DNA of 64,000 nucleotides from the human T2T-CHM13v2.0 reference genome, Homo sapiens: NCBI RefSeq assembly GCF_009914755.1, contig NC_060929.1; one strand, 5' to 3'. The notes below the pieces were generated by a model that had not been told where the DNA came from, did not search any database, and was given only the letters and a program-made list of their open reading frames with translations. Made by a program: the position numbers and the translations under genes. Of this stretch, positions 1 to 16,700 are shown in pieces (the stretch's first letter is position 1; the number at the start of each line of letters is the position of its first letter).

Positions 1-134
1 TATCAGTTTATACTACTGTCTTCACATTTTTTAATAAAAGCATTTTAAAAGATACTTCACCTGCCCCCAGTAGTAATAATACTCTAATGAAACTTTTGGA
101 AATGCTTATTTTTAATGGTAGATTAAAAATAGCC

Positions 135-919
<785 letters not shown>

Positions 920-2331
920 ACTTAAAAGATAAAATTATTCAACCATTCAATTTGTGCTAATTCAAATATTAGCACAAACAGTACTAATATTTTGATGAAT
1001 TACCTTCAATTTTTTTCTTTTTTATATAGTTTTCAGATTTATTTTCTCTTCTCAAAAATAGAATTATTATATTTATGAACAATGTGTATTTTTCACTTAT
1101 AAAATAAGCATGCAAATTTTCCATATTATAAACCTCATATATAATCTTAGTAGCTACATAGTAGCTCATTATATACATATATATTCTAAACTATTATCCT
1201 ATTGGAAATACAGATTATTTTCAAATTTGCTATTATAAGCAATGCTGCTTTGGATAGTTTATGTTGAATTCTTTTCTTAGAATTGGTAAGTAACCCAAAA
1301 TGGAATTATGCGGGGTCAAAAAGTATGACTCATTTGTTAGATAGGGCCATTGCAATCCTGATTATCAGTAGGTGCCCAATTGGAGAGGACAAAGATGATT
1401 CTGGGAAATATTTCTAGTTTACTGGGTTGAACAGTGTTCCCTTAAATTCATGTCCACTGTTAAAAAGCTTAGCTGAATTAAAAGAGTTTAATTGAGCAAA
1501 GAATGATTCATTAATCGTGCAGCCTCCCAAGCCAGAGTAGGCTTAGGAACTCCAGCGCAGCCATGTGGTAGAAGATTTATAGACAGGAAAAGGAAAGTAA
1601 TGCACAGAAAATGGAAATGTACAGAAACAGCCGGATTGGTTATAGCTTGGTGAATGCCCTATTTGAACACAGGTTGAAGAGTTGGACATCTTTGGCCAAA
1701 ACTTGGTGATTTGTACAAGAGTAGGCTACAGTCTGTATACAACTCCATATAGGTTATAGTTCATGATGTACAGAGAAATCTTTAGGCTGAACTTAAAATA
1801 CGTAAGGAGGCAGCTTTAGGCTAAACTGGATTTAACCATTCCCTCCATTTGGTAACCCTCTCAATTTTGAGAGATTCACCAAAACTTTAGTCATTGATGT
1901 CCCTATCACCATTGTAAATGTACTTATTTGGTCTTGAAACCCACTGAGAAATAGCACAACAGTAGGTTGTGTAAGGCGAAAACAAAGACCTGAGGTTATT
2001 ATTATTTTTTTTTTGTAAGGGTTAAAGTAGAGGGTACCTCCTTATGCTGGAACTTTCTGTTTACAGGAGAAAAACAAAACCCACCTGTTCTAGGATCTAT
2101 GTGTTTCCTGAAGTCTTAGTTTGATTATGTCACATTTGGCATGAGTGACTCCATTTTAGTTTGGTCTGGTCTGTTGGGGCTTAGAGCATGAGCCCAGTCC
2201 AAAACAATGGCCTCCCATAACTTTGTTTAAAAATTACCCCCTTCTGGTCAGGTTCTCATATAAGAGTGTGACCCAAATTTAAGGCCTTAATGTCACTCTC
2301 AGTTATTTTTTTTTAATTTTTATTTTTTTTA

Positions 2332-2624
<293 letters not shown>

Positions 2625-2626
2625 TT

Positions 2627-2912
2627 ATTTTTTGAGACGAAGTCTCACTCTGTCACCCAGGCTGGAGTGCAGTGGCATGATCTCGGCTCACTGCAACCTC
2701 TGGCTCCCGGGTTCAAGCAATTCCCTGCCTCAGTCTCCCATGTAGCTGGGATTACAGGCGCCTGCCACCATGCCTAGCTAATTTTTGTACTTTTAGTAAC
2801 GATGGGGTTTCACCATCTTGGCCAGGCTGGTCTTGAACTCCTGACCTCATGATCCACCTGCCTCGGCCTCCTAAAGTGCTGGGATTACAGGTGTGAGCCA
2901 CCGCGCCCAGCC
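2627..2912 (-). mobile_element. AluS whose tail is interrupted by the preceding Alu
   Basis: ttttttgagacgaagtctcactc...gagccaccgcgcccagcc. TSD cactctcagttatt at 2294-2307 and 2913-2926. Confidence 0.95.
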
Positions 2913-3257
2913 CACTCTCAGTTATTGTACCATCATTTTGGGTTTCCTGTCTCAGCACGTAATTCATAGTTTATGATGTCCTCATGGTCACACATTTCTT
3001 TTAGCTCTTATCCAGTTGAAGAAAGATCATTTGACATTCTAAAGATGTCTGCATGCAAACATTTAGAACTGTTGAGAGAATACAGCACACCAGGGAGACT
3101 ATTATGACTATGAGGAGGACAATACCAAGAGTTTGCAGTATGCGCCTTAGCCAGTGTCCCCATAAAGCAAACCACCTAAAATCAAATAAAGAAGGAGCTA
3201 GATAAATAATCTACTCACTTTAAGCAGTCTCTTTGTTAATCCCCTACCACTGAACTT

Positions 3258-3617
3258 CTATAATACCTGATGTGATGTGTTTCTCCATGGGCAACAAGAA
3301 GTGCCAGCAGCTGCACAGATATTTCTCTGTTTAGCCAATAAGTAATGTAGAGCAATTATATTATTTAGCATAACTTTCACAAGATAACCTAAAGTCCATT
3401 GTGTAACCACAGCCTTTACAGTAGAATCTGCCATAGAGCCTATCATGAGGGCTAAATTTCTAGTTATTGCCCCATTTACTCCAAACCATGAAAAAAACCA
3501 CCTAACAAATGATGTCTTTCTAGAGCAGTGAAGACCTCCTGGCAATGTTCTCTTTAACCTATGATGTAGGTTAAGAGGAGTGGACCAATGTTCTGTTTCT
3601 GACTGATTATGAGGCAA
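3258..3617 (-). pseudogene. env remnant (SU/TM junction) of the MER57 provirus
   Basis: ORF carries furin site RLKR, ISD-like VMLNNIIALHYLLAKQ and a CX6CC motif (CAAAGTSCC). Confidence 0.85.
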
Positions 3618-4159
3618 TGTCTGTACCCTTAAAATTTCTCACCTACATTGGACCTTCCATCTGTCTAGACATAAGGTTATCCATATAGAAGGCTGGCTGC
3701 AAAATCCTTCCCAAGAAAAATTATGCCCCACGAGTGCACACAACAGACCCCCTTTTCACTTCTATTGTTTGCAGAGGCCTAAGCAAGAGGGAAAAACGGA
3801 AAGATAAGAGTCTCATGATAGTAGAGAAATCTTGATCTGTGATCTTGGGAAAAAGCTGTCTACATAAAGGATGCCATCTTCTTCTGGGGAGAAACTTCCC
3901 TGGTTAGCTTTACTTTAAGGATTCCAGTGGGTGTATAGTTCCAAGAGTGTAGAGGGACCCCTCTGACTTGTGAGATTGTGAACCCAAGGTTCAAGGTCCT
4001 GAAGTTTTGCTACTGTGTGGATGGCAAGGGCAGTCTTTCTCTGATGTTCTCAGGAGATCCAATCTTTGCATTCTAGATTGTGAAGGTGTTGATTGTCTTC
4101 AGTCAGTGAAGCATGAAAAGATTTCTTTACCTGGTGAAAATACACTGTTGCATAATGAG

Positions 4160-4683
4160 CTAGTGTATAACATCAACCCTCTTGCATGGGAAAGCTTTTA
4201 TACAACCAGAAAACATGCATTGAAAATGACAATTGAATGAAATCCCTCTATAAATGTTTAAATGGCCCATCAGGGAGCAGAATGTACCTGAAGTTTTGAA
4301 TGTCTTCCTAGGAATATGGGTTTGACAATCAGGTAGCAAAATATATCTGAAGTTTTGATTGTCTTCCCAGGAATGTGGGTTTGACAAACCAAACACTGGT
4401 CATAAACTATTTTGACAATTTAGAAATCATCACACCGATACATATATTTAATTTGGATTACTTTATCTTTTCCATGATGAGTCATGGAATGCAGAATTTT
4501 TAATGACAAAAGCTTTAAGGACTCAGGAAGGATAAGGCAGTCATCCTGGTTCTCCATGAGTCCATCCTTAACATTGAACTTATGTCTTCTTGAATACCAG
4601 TTGTTTCTCCAATTTAGGTGCATAGCACTGATAACCGATGGGTTATCATGAGTAATTTGACTTAGACCATGGAGTTCATTCAA
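4160..4683 (-). pseudogene. pol/integrase N-terminal remnant of the MER57 provirus
   Basis: LILPESLKLLSLKILHSMTHHGKDK resembles the integrase HHCC zinc-finger region. The frames are broken. Confidence 0.6.
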
Positions 4684-5981
4684 AATGTATATCTAAACAT
4701 TTTCAGTATTGGCTGATTTAGCATGAAAATCTGGCAAAGTATTTCCTTGGTATTCAATTAATTTTTGTTCTGCTTGGGTTAGCGGTTTTATAAACCAGTC
4801 AGTCTTTTCATTGAAGTTCTAGGAATTCTTACCCAGTCCAAAAGATATCATTCTAAAGTTATCAAAGCTTGTTTTCAAGAGTGCTTTTCAGGGTCCTTTC
4901 CGTCCTTTCATGAACCTCCTTAAATACATCATATTCTAGGATTTTGCATGCTTGTGAAGTTTTTAGAAACTGCATCAAAATTAAGCAATTAACTGTGGAA
5001 ATGACTTCAGTCAGTTAAAAAAAAATTGACAAAGAAATTTGACTATTTCTGTGGCCTATAATAACTTAACCATGTTATGATCTATAGCATATACTCAGAC
5101 ATATTAGAATTTTAGAAATCCCATACAATTTTGGAACATATATTTATAACATTCATTAAAATATAACCTGAAGAAGGCTAATCATTATTTCTTATTTGAC
5201 AGTGCTTCCCATGTAACTTAACATGTCAAATAATCCTGTTTAGCTCTCTTTTGGATGCCTCAGGGACCAAAGTTAGAGATCAAAAAAATACTTAATTTTG
5301 AGGCCAAAGTTTGGTTTTGGGAAGCTTGACAAATATGTCAAAAGTTTAAAATACTTGACCAAAATAGGATCACAGATCATCGTAGAACAATATCATTCAC
5401 TTAACCAAAGTCATAATTAAAAGATTTTTAAAAACAAAAACTTGTACTCTTTGATAAAGGAGACTCAGTTTTCTAAACAAGCAAAAGACCTAAGACAGCA
5501 TGAGACAGAATCCATTTCTTCTTCTTTACTGTCTCCTTGTTTCCTTTTTGCAGTTTACTCAAAAGGTGAATGAAAATATATTGCTGTGTCTTATTAATAC
5601 TACACAAAATTTTTGTTTAAAAGAGAACACCAAATTTTACTTTTGTTTTAGTATAGTAATACTAAAACTAATTTGAATAAAACCTCATAAATAAATTTAT
5701 CAAATCCGTCATCTTTTAACCACAAGGTTTCCATAAACCTTTCCATTTTACATTTCCCCCAACTTGCTGTACTATCTTGTTTTATCTTTTTTTTACTCCT
5801 TCAATTTGAAAACTTTAGTTTTAAACCAGGCAATTTTTTTAACATACATTTTTATGCCTTTATAACTTTCCTCACGAAATGCATATTTTGCTTTTGCTTA
5901 CATACTCTGTATACAGAATTGTTTCTCTCATATCTAGTAGTTTTTAACTCTTAGTAGCTGTAATTTCTAGTGAAAACCCTA

Positions 5982-6352
<371 letters not shown>

Positions 6353-7325
6353 TCTTCTAATTATTGTTTATTAATATATCTAAGTATATTTAGCTTTTCT
6401 ATACCATATAAAAATAACCTATCAAGGTGTATAACTCATGTTTAATAACATTTCAGTATCTTAACTTACAGATGATTCAGACATTATATGATTATATATT
6501 ACTTAATTTAACATAACATGACTCTAAGATTTTAAATTACTGAAAAGAATTTTGACACCGGTAGCTTCCCTAATGTCTTCACCCAGCCATTCTAGGTCCC
6601 AAGTAGCCACGTGGCACCCAGGAGGACTCTGAAGATCAGGGCCTGTCTGAGTCCATCAGGACAGAAGACAGAGCTGTGAAGACTTTACCTGGACGACCGA
6701 ATCCCTCCCAAAATAGCCAGGAGGCAAAACAGGAAAAGCAGAGGAAGAAGGGGCCATATTGGGCTTGATTCTGGCGTGTGGCTGCTGGTCTAGGCTCTAA
6801 GAACATGTCTCCAGACCTCATCATGGCCACCTATCCAGACCCCTGAATTCAGAGACTCTACACCAAAGACATAAGCTCACGGTCAAATCAAGCAAGTATC
6901 AAATTATATTTAACTGATAATTTTGAAACCATTTATATTTTGCCAACAATTTAAAAACTAGTTTCATTTACCAAATATCACATATACATAACACATATAG
7001 ACATAGAAACACATAGAAGAAGATCTTATAGCTCTCGTAAAGGATTTTCATTTGCTGGCTTTTAAATAGTTTTTATTTTCCTTATCTATCAGTCTTCCAA
7101 TAACCAGTTTCATTGCCCTAAGGAATTGTTAACTAGGCAATAAATTTGCATTTCTATAGGTACAACTCTTAGGTGGAACAAAAAAAATTATAATTCATAA
7201 GCGCAGACCTAAGATTTTAGGCCTAAATATTTTATCATCACTTAAACCAAGGGGAGAAAAAACCTGCTGAAGTAAAAGTTCACTTAAGATGTGAAAAGCA
7301 GAAAAGCACCTTAAACAAAGGTATG

Positions 7326-7530
<205 letters not shown>

Positions 7531-7635
7531 TCTTATGTAAATTTAAAAGAATGGTAAGAGTTTGTAATGTACATAGGCAGACATCCTTAAAAATGGAGAT
7601 TTTTGTTTATAAATTTATTTTACAAAAGAGTTTCA

Positions 7636-7945
<310 letters not shown>

Positions 7946-8991
7946 TCAAGATAGCCAATTAAATTCCAGAAAGATGTATTTTAGTTTCATAGGGTGTTCT
8001 TTTTAACGTAGCTACTGTTTTTTTTTAGCTAAAATGACTTAGTTCAGGGTAACAGGTGGAGCACATTAAGGAATATGGCCAATCCAGTATGCCTGGATTC
8101 AGCATGGATAGATCTGAAAAGGAAGCAAGCCTATTTTACCAGAGGGGGTCTACCTTTTACAAACACCCTATGTAGGATAGCTATCTTTCCACCTTTGGGG
8201 TGGGATAGTAACGAAGCCAAAACGTTAGCAGATTTAATTTTTTAAATCAATTATCACTTAAGCTTTTTATAAAGTCTTTAAATAAAAACACTGATATCTT
8301 TTTAGGAGCCTCTGCATATTAATAGGCATTCCTACATAAGACTAATTTGGAAGCCCTCATTTTCAAATGCACTTCAGTGCAGTGTTGTTCATTTGGAATG
8401 TTCCACTGTAACTTATCTTTAGTAAGATTTCACCATTTCTGTAAGACTTTGCTGCTTGTGGGGCCTAATACTTAAGCATATATAAGCCAGAAGGAACTCA
8501 ATTTTTCATAAATTAAGGATTCCATTTTTACCTCAAATATTGGCTTTGGCTTTCAGGTTCCCTTGATCAACTTAGCCAATGACTTTTTCCTTACCTAAGC
8601 ACGCAAGAAAACTGAAACAAAGGGGTAGAACACAAAAATCCCTGCAAATTTCCAAAGCCTAATTTTATACCTCCTGCAATATTGCCATTTATTTCTGACC
8701 CAGTCAGATGGAGGAAGCCTCTAATTTGATCCAAGCCAGTTAATAATTAGATCCCATCCGATCCTGGATCCAGTCCAGTTTCTGTTGCTACTTCCCAAAC
8801 CCAGTTTGGATCAGAAATTTGCTCAAAGAAATTCAGAGAGCTCAAAACACAAATCTGTGGAGCTTCGGAATCCGAGACAGAATTTACCACCATCCTCAGT
8901 TGCTGCAAGAGGGCAATGGACACAATGTGCCTGGTGGGTACCTCTCTTGGTCACCCAGCACTCCCAGGAGTCACTGGAAGCTTTACTTCGG

Positions 8992-9009
8992 ATCCCACTT
9001 CTTATGCCA
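8992..9009 (-). promoter_or_regulatory. Primer-binding site (tRNA-Leu-like) of the MER57 provirus
   Basis: Minus strand TGGCATAAGAAGTGGGAT, 2 nt from the 5' LTR, 15/18 identical to Leu-CAA-type TGGTGTCAGAAGTGGGAT. Confidence 0.7.
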
Positions 9010-11798
9010 TCTGTTAAAAGGAAAACTTTGGCTGAATTAAATTTGAAAGGGCTTAATTGAGCAAAGAACGATTCACAAATCGGGCAGCCTCCCAAGCCAT
9101 AGTAGGCTCAGAGACCCCAGATCAGCCATGTGGTGGAAGATTTATGGACAGAAAAAAGAAAGTGACACACAGAACAGAAGTGAGGTACAGAAACAGCCGG
9201 ATTGGTTACAGCTCAGCATTTGCCTTAATTGTACACGGTTTGAACAGTTGGCCACCTTTGATTGGCCAAAACTTGGTGATTGGCACAAGAGTAGACTGCA
9301 GTCTGTTTACAACTCCCTTTAAATTATAGTTCACAATGCACAGAGAAACCTTTAGGCTGAACTTAATATATGTTAGGGATGGAGCTTTAGGCTAAATTTG
9401 ATTTGACACCACCCAGAGCCTCAGAATGTGACCTTATTTGGAAACAAGGTCTTTGCGGATACAATTAGTTAAATTAAGATGAGGTTATACTAGATTAAGG
9501 TGGGTCCTAAATCCAATGGCTGGGATCCTTATAAGAAGGCCAGGTGAAGACACTGAGACACAGAGAGAAACACACACAGAGGGGAAAAGACCACGTAAAG
9601 ATAAAGGCAGAAATTGGAGTGATATTGCTGCAAGTCAAGGGCTCCAAGAATTGCCTACAACCACTGGAAGCTAGGGAGAATCAAGGAAGGATTCTTCTTT
9701 CCTAGAGTTTCTTGAGGGAGCTTAGCTTTTCCAGCACCTTGATTTCAGACTTCTAGCCTCCAGAACTCCGAGAGAATAAACTGCTATTGTTTTAAGCCAC
9801 CCAGTTCCTTGTAATTTGTTAAGGAAGCCCTAGGAAACTAACACATCTAACAACAAGATGCGAGGAACACTTGAATCCAGATGGAGCTTTTTAAGGTTGC
9901 ATATCCCCACAGTTCACGAAGGGCTGAGAAAAAGAGAAAATCACAAGAAGATCCTCAAGTTTCAACATCAAAGTCTACAATTCTCCCCTCTCTCCCTCGG
10001 TATGGACTTGAGTTATGATTGCTGTTGTAAGCCACTACGTTCTGGAGTAATTTGCTACACAGCAATAGAAAACTAATACAATTTCTAATGCAGCTAATTC
10101 ATTTTACACTTTGAGTGTCCAGAGTGTCTTTCTATTCCATCTTCTGAGGATGAACGAATTAAGAACTTGTCTTAAGGCCATGTGTTCACTTTGTTTTTCT
10201 TGATGGATTAGGGGTGAGAGGACAGATTTTATTCTGTAGGATGGGAAGACTGTCATGAACTACTTGGGTCAACCAGAGATTATAGCTACAGGAAAAAATT
10301 AATATTCTTTCTTTTGGTTCTGTTGAGTCAGTAGAGTTGCTGCCCGCCTCCCCTTGGTCAACTCGCCTGGCAGTGGTTACCCAGGCTGCTGTGGCTTCCA
10401 AACTTAGTCTAATCTGCCCACCCCACATCCTCAGGACAGACAGACGTCCAGTATTGTAGCTTTCTAATTCAAAGTCTCCTTGAGGCTACAAGCCTGTAAG
10501 TCTTCCTCACAGCTTTTTTTTTTTTTTTTTAAACTCTGAGATGTCTATGGCTGAATAACTGATGACAGTTTTGCTTTTATAAAGTAACTTTGAAGCGTGG
10601 GTGGCTGGTAACAACTGGCCTCTCTCCTCATATCTGCCTGACAGTACTGATGTGACCAGATATCTGGTGCTGCTCGTCAGATCTGTCAAGTTCATCAGGC
10701 AAAAAAGAAACAGATGAGGGAGTAATATTTGCTACATTAACCAAGAAGTCTTACTTAGTGTATGGCTGATATCTTGGAAGTAGCATGAAATATGAAGTCA
10801 GAAGTTTTGGGTTCATGTTTCTGCATTGATATTTGGTAATTTTGTGGGTAAAGTCACATGAACCCTGAACCTCAGTTTCTTTATCTGTGTAATGAGGGCA
10901 GTGTTAACATACCAATCAGCCTACATCCAGAAGGGTGTTTTATGTTTCAAATAAGAGAGTGTATATGTGAAAGGACTTAGCAAACCATGAAACAACTATA
11001 TGTTAACATAGTTGTTGCCCCCTGAGATTATTTATTACTATTTCAATGAATGTATGTGAAGGGCACATTCTTAGAAAACAAGCTCAAGTCTGCATCGGCC
11101 CTATTATTGAGAATCATTGTGGAAGCAGAGAAGATGCTCCAATAGGGAGAATTTGGTTCTGTGCGTTTGAGAGGTTGCCATCCAATGTGGAAGTAGGTTA
11201 TCCAAGACTTGGCTAAGGTTGTCTTGGGTGGGGGGCTCTGGTCCTGGTTGATTCAGCTTCTCATGAAGCCAACTGGGACCCTGCTCTAGCTGCTGTTGGC
11301 CTCACTGTTGGCCATCATGTTCAACACAATGGTTCTTATGGTGCTGACTGTGACAGCATCTGAAATCTTTCCAAATTTAGAACAATGGGAAAGTTGTCTT
11401 CTGTATTTCTCATAGGCTATTTTGATATATTTTTTTTCTTTTTTGTCCTTGTTTCTCCCCAGTATTATAACGTATTGTGTTCACTTTGTTGGGTACCGAA
11501 TGGTCTTTCCCTTTGACTCGATTGCCTCTTGTTTATAAAAATAGCAAGTCAACCATGACAAATGACCAGCAGTAATCTTGCCTCCCAAGTACAGAGACTG
11601 TTTTCTTCCCCTTATTTTGTTTGAAAAATAAGAAAGCTTTTTTTCCTTTGGGGAAACTAGTCTTGTTATTCAGAGATACATAGTATAGAGAAAAACTCTA
11701 GAGTCAGGAGACCTGGGTTCAAATTCCAGGTTGGGCAAGTTACATAATCTCTTTGGAGGCCAGTGACTCTGGGGGTTGCTATGAGGGTCACAGTGTAA

Positions 11799-12239
<441 letters not shown>

Positions 12240-13317
12240 TAGAAATGCTACATTGTAGCATAATGTGTGCTTGATCTGAAACACCTGAGTCCTGAAGAAC
12301 ATGTTGCAGATCTATTTATTCACTTTAAAAATTTGCAACCCTATCTGCTCAGTGTCCACCAACAGTTACAGCTCCTCCTGGAAGCCTGTGCCCTGTAGCC
12401 TATGCCCTGAGCCTTTCTCCTGCTGGTCTACCCCAGGTACCATGTCCTTTCTTTTATCCAGCTCCAGGCTGGCTGAACCTCACGAGGATCACACATGTTG
12501 ACTTTCTCTTTCGCCTGCCAGTGTGGCCTGGAGGTGAGACTTGTGAATCTGCTTCAGGGCCAGATGTGAGGTCCCAACTAGCTGTGACTGAATTTCCTTG
12601 CATCTTCCAAGATGTTTTTTATTGTAAACGGTCAACAACAATCAACGTTATTCCTTTAATTTATGTGCAGTCAGCTTTCAGTTCTCCTTTACTGAGGATC
12701 ACAGAGCTGTAAATAATGAGAAGACAAAACAGCACAAAAAGCAAATGTTATTCCTTTTATCTCTGGAGATGTCTGACAAGAAGTCTCTCACCTTTGTCTC
12801 CACATGCCTTGGAAACTATGTCATAAAGTGTGCTGTGTCAAATAAGACACTTGTCAAGCAGATTCTATTTTACCTATAGGAACAATGTTGCAAATGGGAT
12901 GCCAAGGAAGTCAAGAACTAAGCATCCTGTAAGTCATAGCTATGATCAAGCATGTATCATGAAATATAGAGAAAGCAGTGGAGTTATGTGAAAGAACAAA
13001 GCTATAATTAGAGACTGTTAGACATGGAGAGCATGCAGAAGATCAACTAGTCTGAGTCCTGTGTTTTACAGATGAGAAAATGGGGGCCCTGAGGGTCAGC
13101 CACTTGTGCCAGGATGCACTGTTAGTTAATAGTAGAGTTGGGACCATAACCAAGGTCATTGACACTGGCCCAATGCTCCGTTAACTCTGTTGTACTTGGG
13201 GTCAGTGTCCTATGATCACTGATTGGGAAAGAGACAGGTCTAGGCTGGGATCCCAGCTCTGCCCTGTATTGTGTGACCTTGGGCAAGTTGTTCCACTGCT
13301 CTGAGCCTCAGTGTTCC

Positions 13318-13725
13318 TGTAAAGGGCTGAATTGTGTCCCCTTCAATTTTACATATTGAAGCCCTAACCCCAATACCTTAGAATGTGACTATATTTGGAG
13401 ACAGAGCCTTTAAAGAGGTGATTTTGTTAAAATGAGACTGTTAGTGGCCCCTCATCTAATCTGACCGGTGTCTTTATAAGAAGAGGAAATTTGGACACAA
13501 GAAAAGACACCAGGTGTGGGTATGCACATAGAGGAAAGAACACGTAAAGACACGGTAGGAACGTGGCCGTCTGCAAGCCAAGGAGAGAGGCCTCAGGAGA
13601 AACCAGACCTGCTGATACCTTGATCTTGGATTTCTAGTCTCCAGAACTGTGAGGAAATTAATTTCTGTTGTTTAAGCCCCCCAGTCTGTGGTATTTTGTC
13701 ATGGCAGCCTGAGCTGACCAACACA
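13318..13725 (+). mobile_element. MLT1B-like MaLR LTR inserted in a MIR (~13240-13870)
   Basis: tgtaaagggctgaattgtgtcccc...ccagtctgtggtattttgtcatggcagcctgagctgaccaacaca. The MIR core tgtgaccttgggcaag...ctgagcctcag resumes as catctataaa. Confidence 0.8.
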
Positions 13726-16700
13726 GTCCCCATCTATAAAGCTGAGATACGAATATTTAACTCTTGGGGGCTGTTGTCCAGGTTAAATGAGATAATTCAT
13801 CTAAAAAAAAAAAACTTAACCAATGGCCGAGACACAGTAAATGCTCAGCAAGAGACAGTTATTATGGTTATGCAAAGGGCCAATAAAATATACATAAATC
13901 ACTCCACTGTAACATAAATTTGACCTCACTACAATGAATTTGCCAGCAGTTCTAGACTAAGCCCCTAGTCCTCTCAGTTTGGTTTGCCTTCTGCTGATGT
14001 TTGAATGACTCCTGAAGGTAGACCTGGATTGTCTACCCATAGGTTTTTCAAAGACAATCCAGGGAAACTGAAATCAGTGTCTTCATTTTATCTTGATAAC
14101 TTTTCCAGCTATAGTTAGTCATATTGGAGTCTTTCCATTAAGCTGAGACATCTATTTAAGATTCAGATTGTTCTTTTAAAAATAGACATTGGAGAATGCA
14201 AATATTTAGAGGCCTTACTAAAGAGTTCAGATTTTTAAGGATTTTGAGTAGAGAGAGATCACTCTTGAATGTACTCTCTCTGTTCTCTTTTTAAACTGCC
14301 AACAATTTCAAGACTGCTTTGCAAAGAGTAAACATCAAATGAAGAAATCTCCCAGGACCGCCTGAGAGGGAAGTGCAGAAGGCAGGAGAAGGGGCTTGCC
14401 CCCAACACCTAGGTGGCAGCATACAAAATCTGGTGTGTCCCAACAGTGATTGCTGAAGCCACTTCCTTCCCCCATGCTCTCCTGCTGTATAGTGTTGGCA
14501 GTGGCCACCCCAGACTAAAGGTACTGACTGTGCAGGGACATGGGGCTGTGCTGAGGGAGTAGAGCGTGCAAGTCCAAGTGCTGAAATGCTGGAAGTTCTT
14601 GTGTCAGTTTAGAAGGGGCAGCTGGCTCCCTGTCAGTTCTATTCTCTGGGAGTGCCTCGGCAGGCAGAATGCATGTTGATTTTCACCTAAATCCCAGATT
14701 GCATAATTCGCACAAGGGCATCTGATGTGGGTTGAGATTTCTCCCCTGCACCACTTAACTTTCTGCAAATCCTGCCTCTTTATCCTGGCCACTCCTTTCA
14801 GACAGGACAGCCAGAGAGTGTCTGTTTTGTTTCTAAAGAAACCGAGGCACTGGGACTTAAACTAGCAGGTGCAGCTAAGCTGACCCTGAAGCCAAGAGTT
14901 TCTGTACTCCCAAGGCAGTGTTTTATGGGCATTGTTCATAAATATCTTGTTAATCCTCAAATACAGGATCAGGGAAAGTGATCTGGTCTTGGAAGAATGC
15001 AGGCCAGAGACCCTGCAAAAGGCAAAGCCATGACTGGGGCGTAAGTCATGCACAGGGGCAGCATCTGTCTGGGTGGAACATAGTTGTGGTCATGGCTACA
15101 TTACTAACCTCTCACTCAGTCATTTGTTGAAGCAGTCTTTCTTTGGGAAATGGGAGTTGGACCCTTCCCCCTTCTGAAATCCAAAATGCCATCAGTGATA
15201 TCCTTCTCCATTCAGCCCATTCTGATGGCTTGTGGTGTCTTACAAGTTGCTGAAAGAATGTTGCCTGGAGGGAAGCTCTCTGGATAAAGACACACTATGG
15301 ATTCAGTCTTCCAGTGTAGAGTCTCTACATAAAAGGGCGATCAGATATGAGGCAAAGCAGATTCTAAAATGTTAGCTTGCATCGGTCATCTGGGGGGAAT
15401 GATTAGAAATATGGAATCCGGGGCCCCATCCCCAGTCTTTCAGAGAGTTCCTGGATCTGTGTTTGCAACAATTGTCCTGGTTGACTCTGAAACAGGAGGT
15501 CATGGATGCTGCTCTGTGAAATACTGCTCAAGACAATACAGAGTATTCGTGTTTCTTCTGATTCTGAGCTTCAATGCATTTGGGACCCTTGGTGCCTCAG
15601 GTGCCCTCCAGACCTTGATGGCAGTGTGGCTGATCTAGGAAGACTGAAACACTCTTGGCCCCACTGCGACCTCTTGATCCTCTGGTTTTCTGCCTATAAG
15701 ATGAAACACCCCCATGCTTTCAGTTTTAAGGGAAAATATACAGTATGATAATAGAGGTAATGTTGATTTTAAAAAGTGTGCTATCTTAAACTTAGATATA
15801 ATTTAACAATAGCTTTCACTTTAACTTTTGATTTTCACAATAACCTCAATATCATTTCACAGTAAATCATTTCATTCATGAAGAAACTGAGGCACAGAGA
15901 TATGTTCCAGAGCCAACAGCAACAACATTATCCCATTGACTGGATAGCTGAACTTAAGTTTGGGGTCCTGGTCTTTAAACTGGCCATTGGAGAAGGGTGC
16001 TTGAAGGCCTCACCAAGGAGTTTTGTTGTGGTCTTTTGTTATGAGGGGTCTCTTGAACTTGGTCCTGACATTTTCCTTTTTTGGCTCTCTTCTCTGTCCA
16101 AACTCTTACAGCACTAGAACTGGGACTGGAACACCATCCAATCACCAGGTTGGCAGTCTTCCTGGCAGGCTGTCCTGCCTTTCTGTATAAAATCCGTAGA
16201 GTACCATGTGGCTGCTGGTGCTGATTAGTGGATATAGGGGTTGTACTATTACCTTAATCCAGAGATTTACCAAAATGACATTAAAATCACCAAGAAAAAC
16301 TTTTAAGACTTTTATGTGACCAGAGTCCCCTTCCTGAATTGGACCAGCTATAGCTGGATAGTCTGCCTTCCTTCTCTTAATGAGGGTATCTCATGTGTGG
16401 CATAGATTATGGTAGGAGTCAGGACACCTGAGTTCTGGTCCAGGCTTGGCCAATAATTTGCTGTGAGCTTGTGAGATTGTACTAATCTCTTGGAGTCTCA
16501 GTTCCCTCATCTATAACATGAATAATCTTACTCTGCACTTTCTGGGTCTAATATCATTCAATCTAACTCCTACAAAGCCACTGGGAATGCTAGGGATATA
16601 TGAATGAATGCCTTCTCTAGGATCCAGTCATCTGGGGATGAGACATTTCCAGGGGTACAGAAACTACAGGCCTCATGGCTTGTAAAAAAATATTGGGAGT

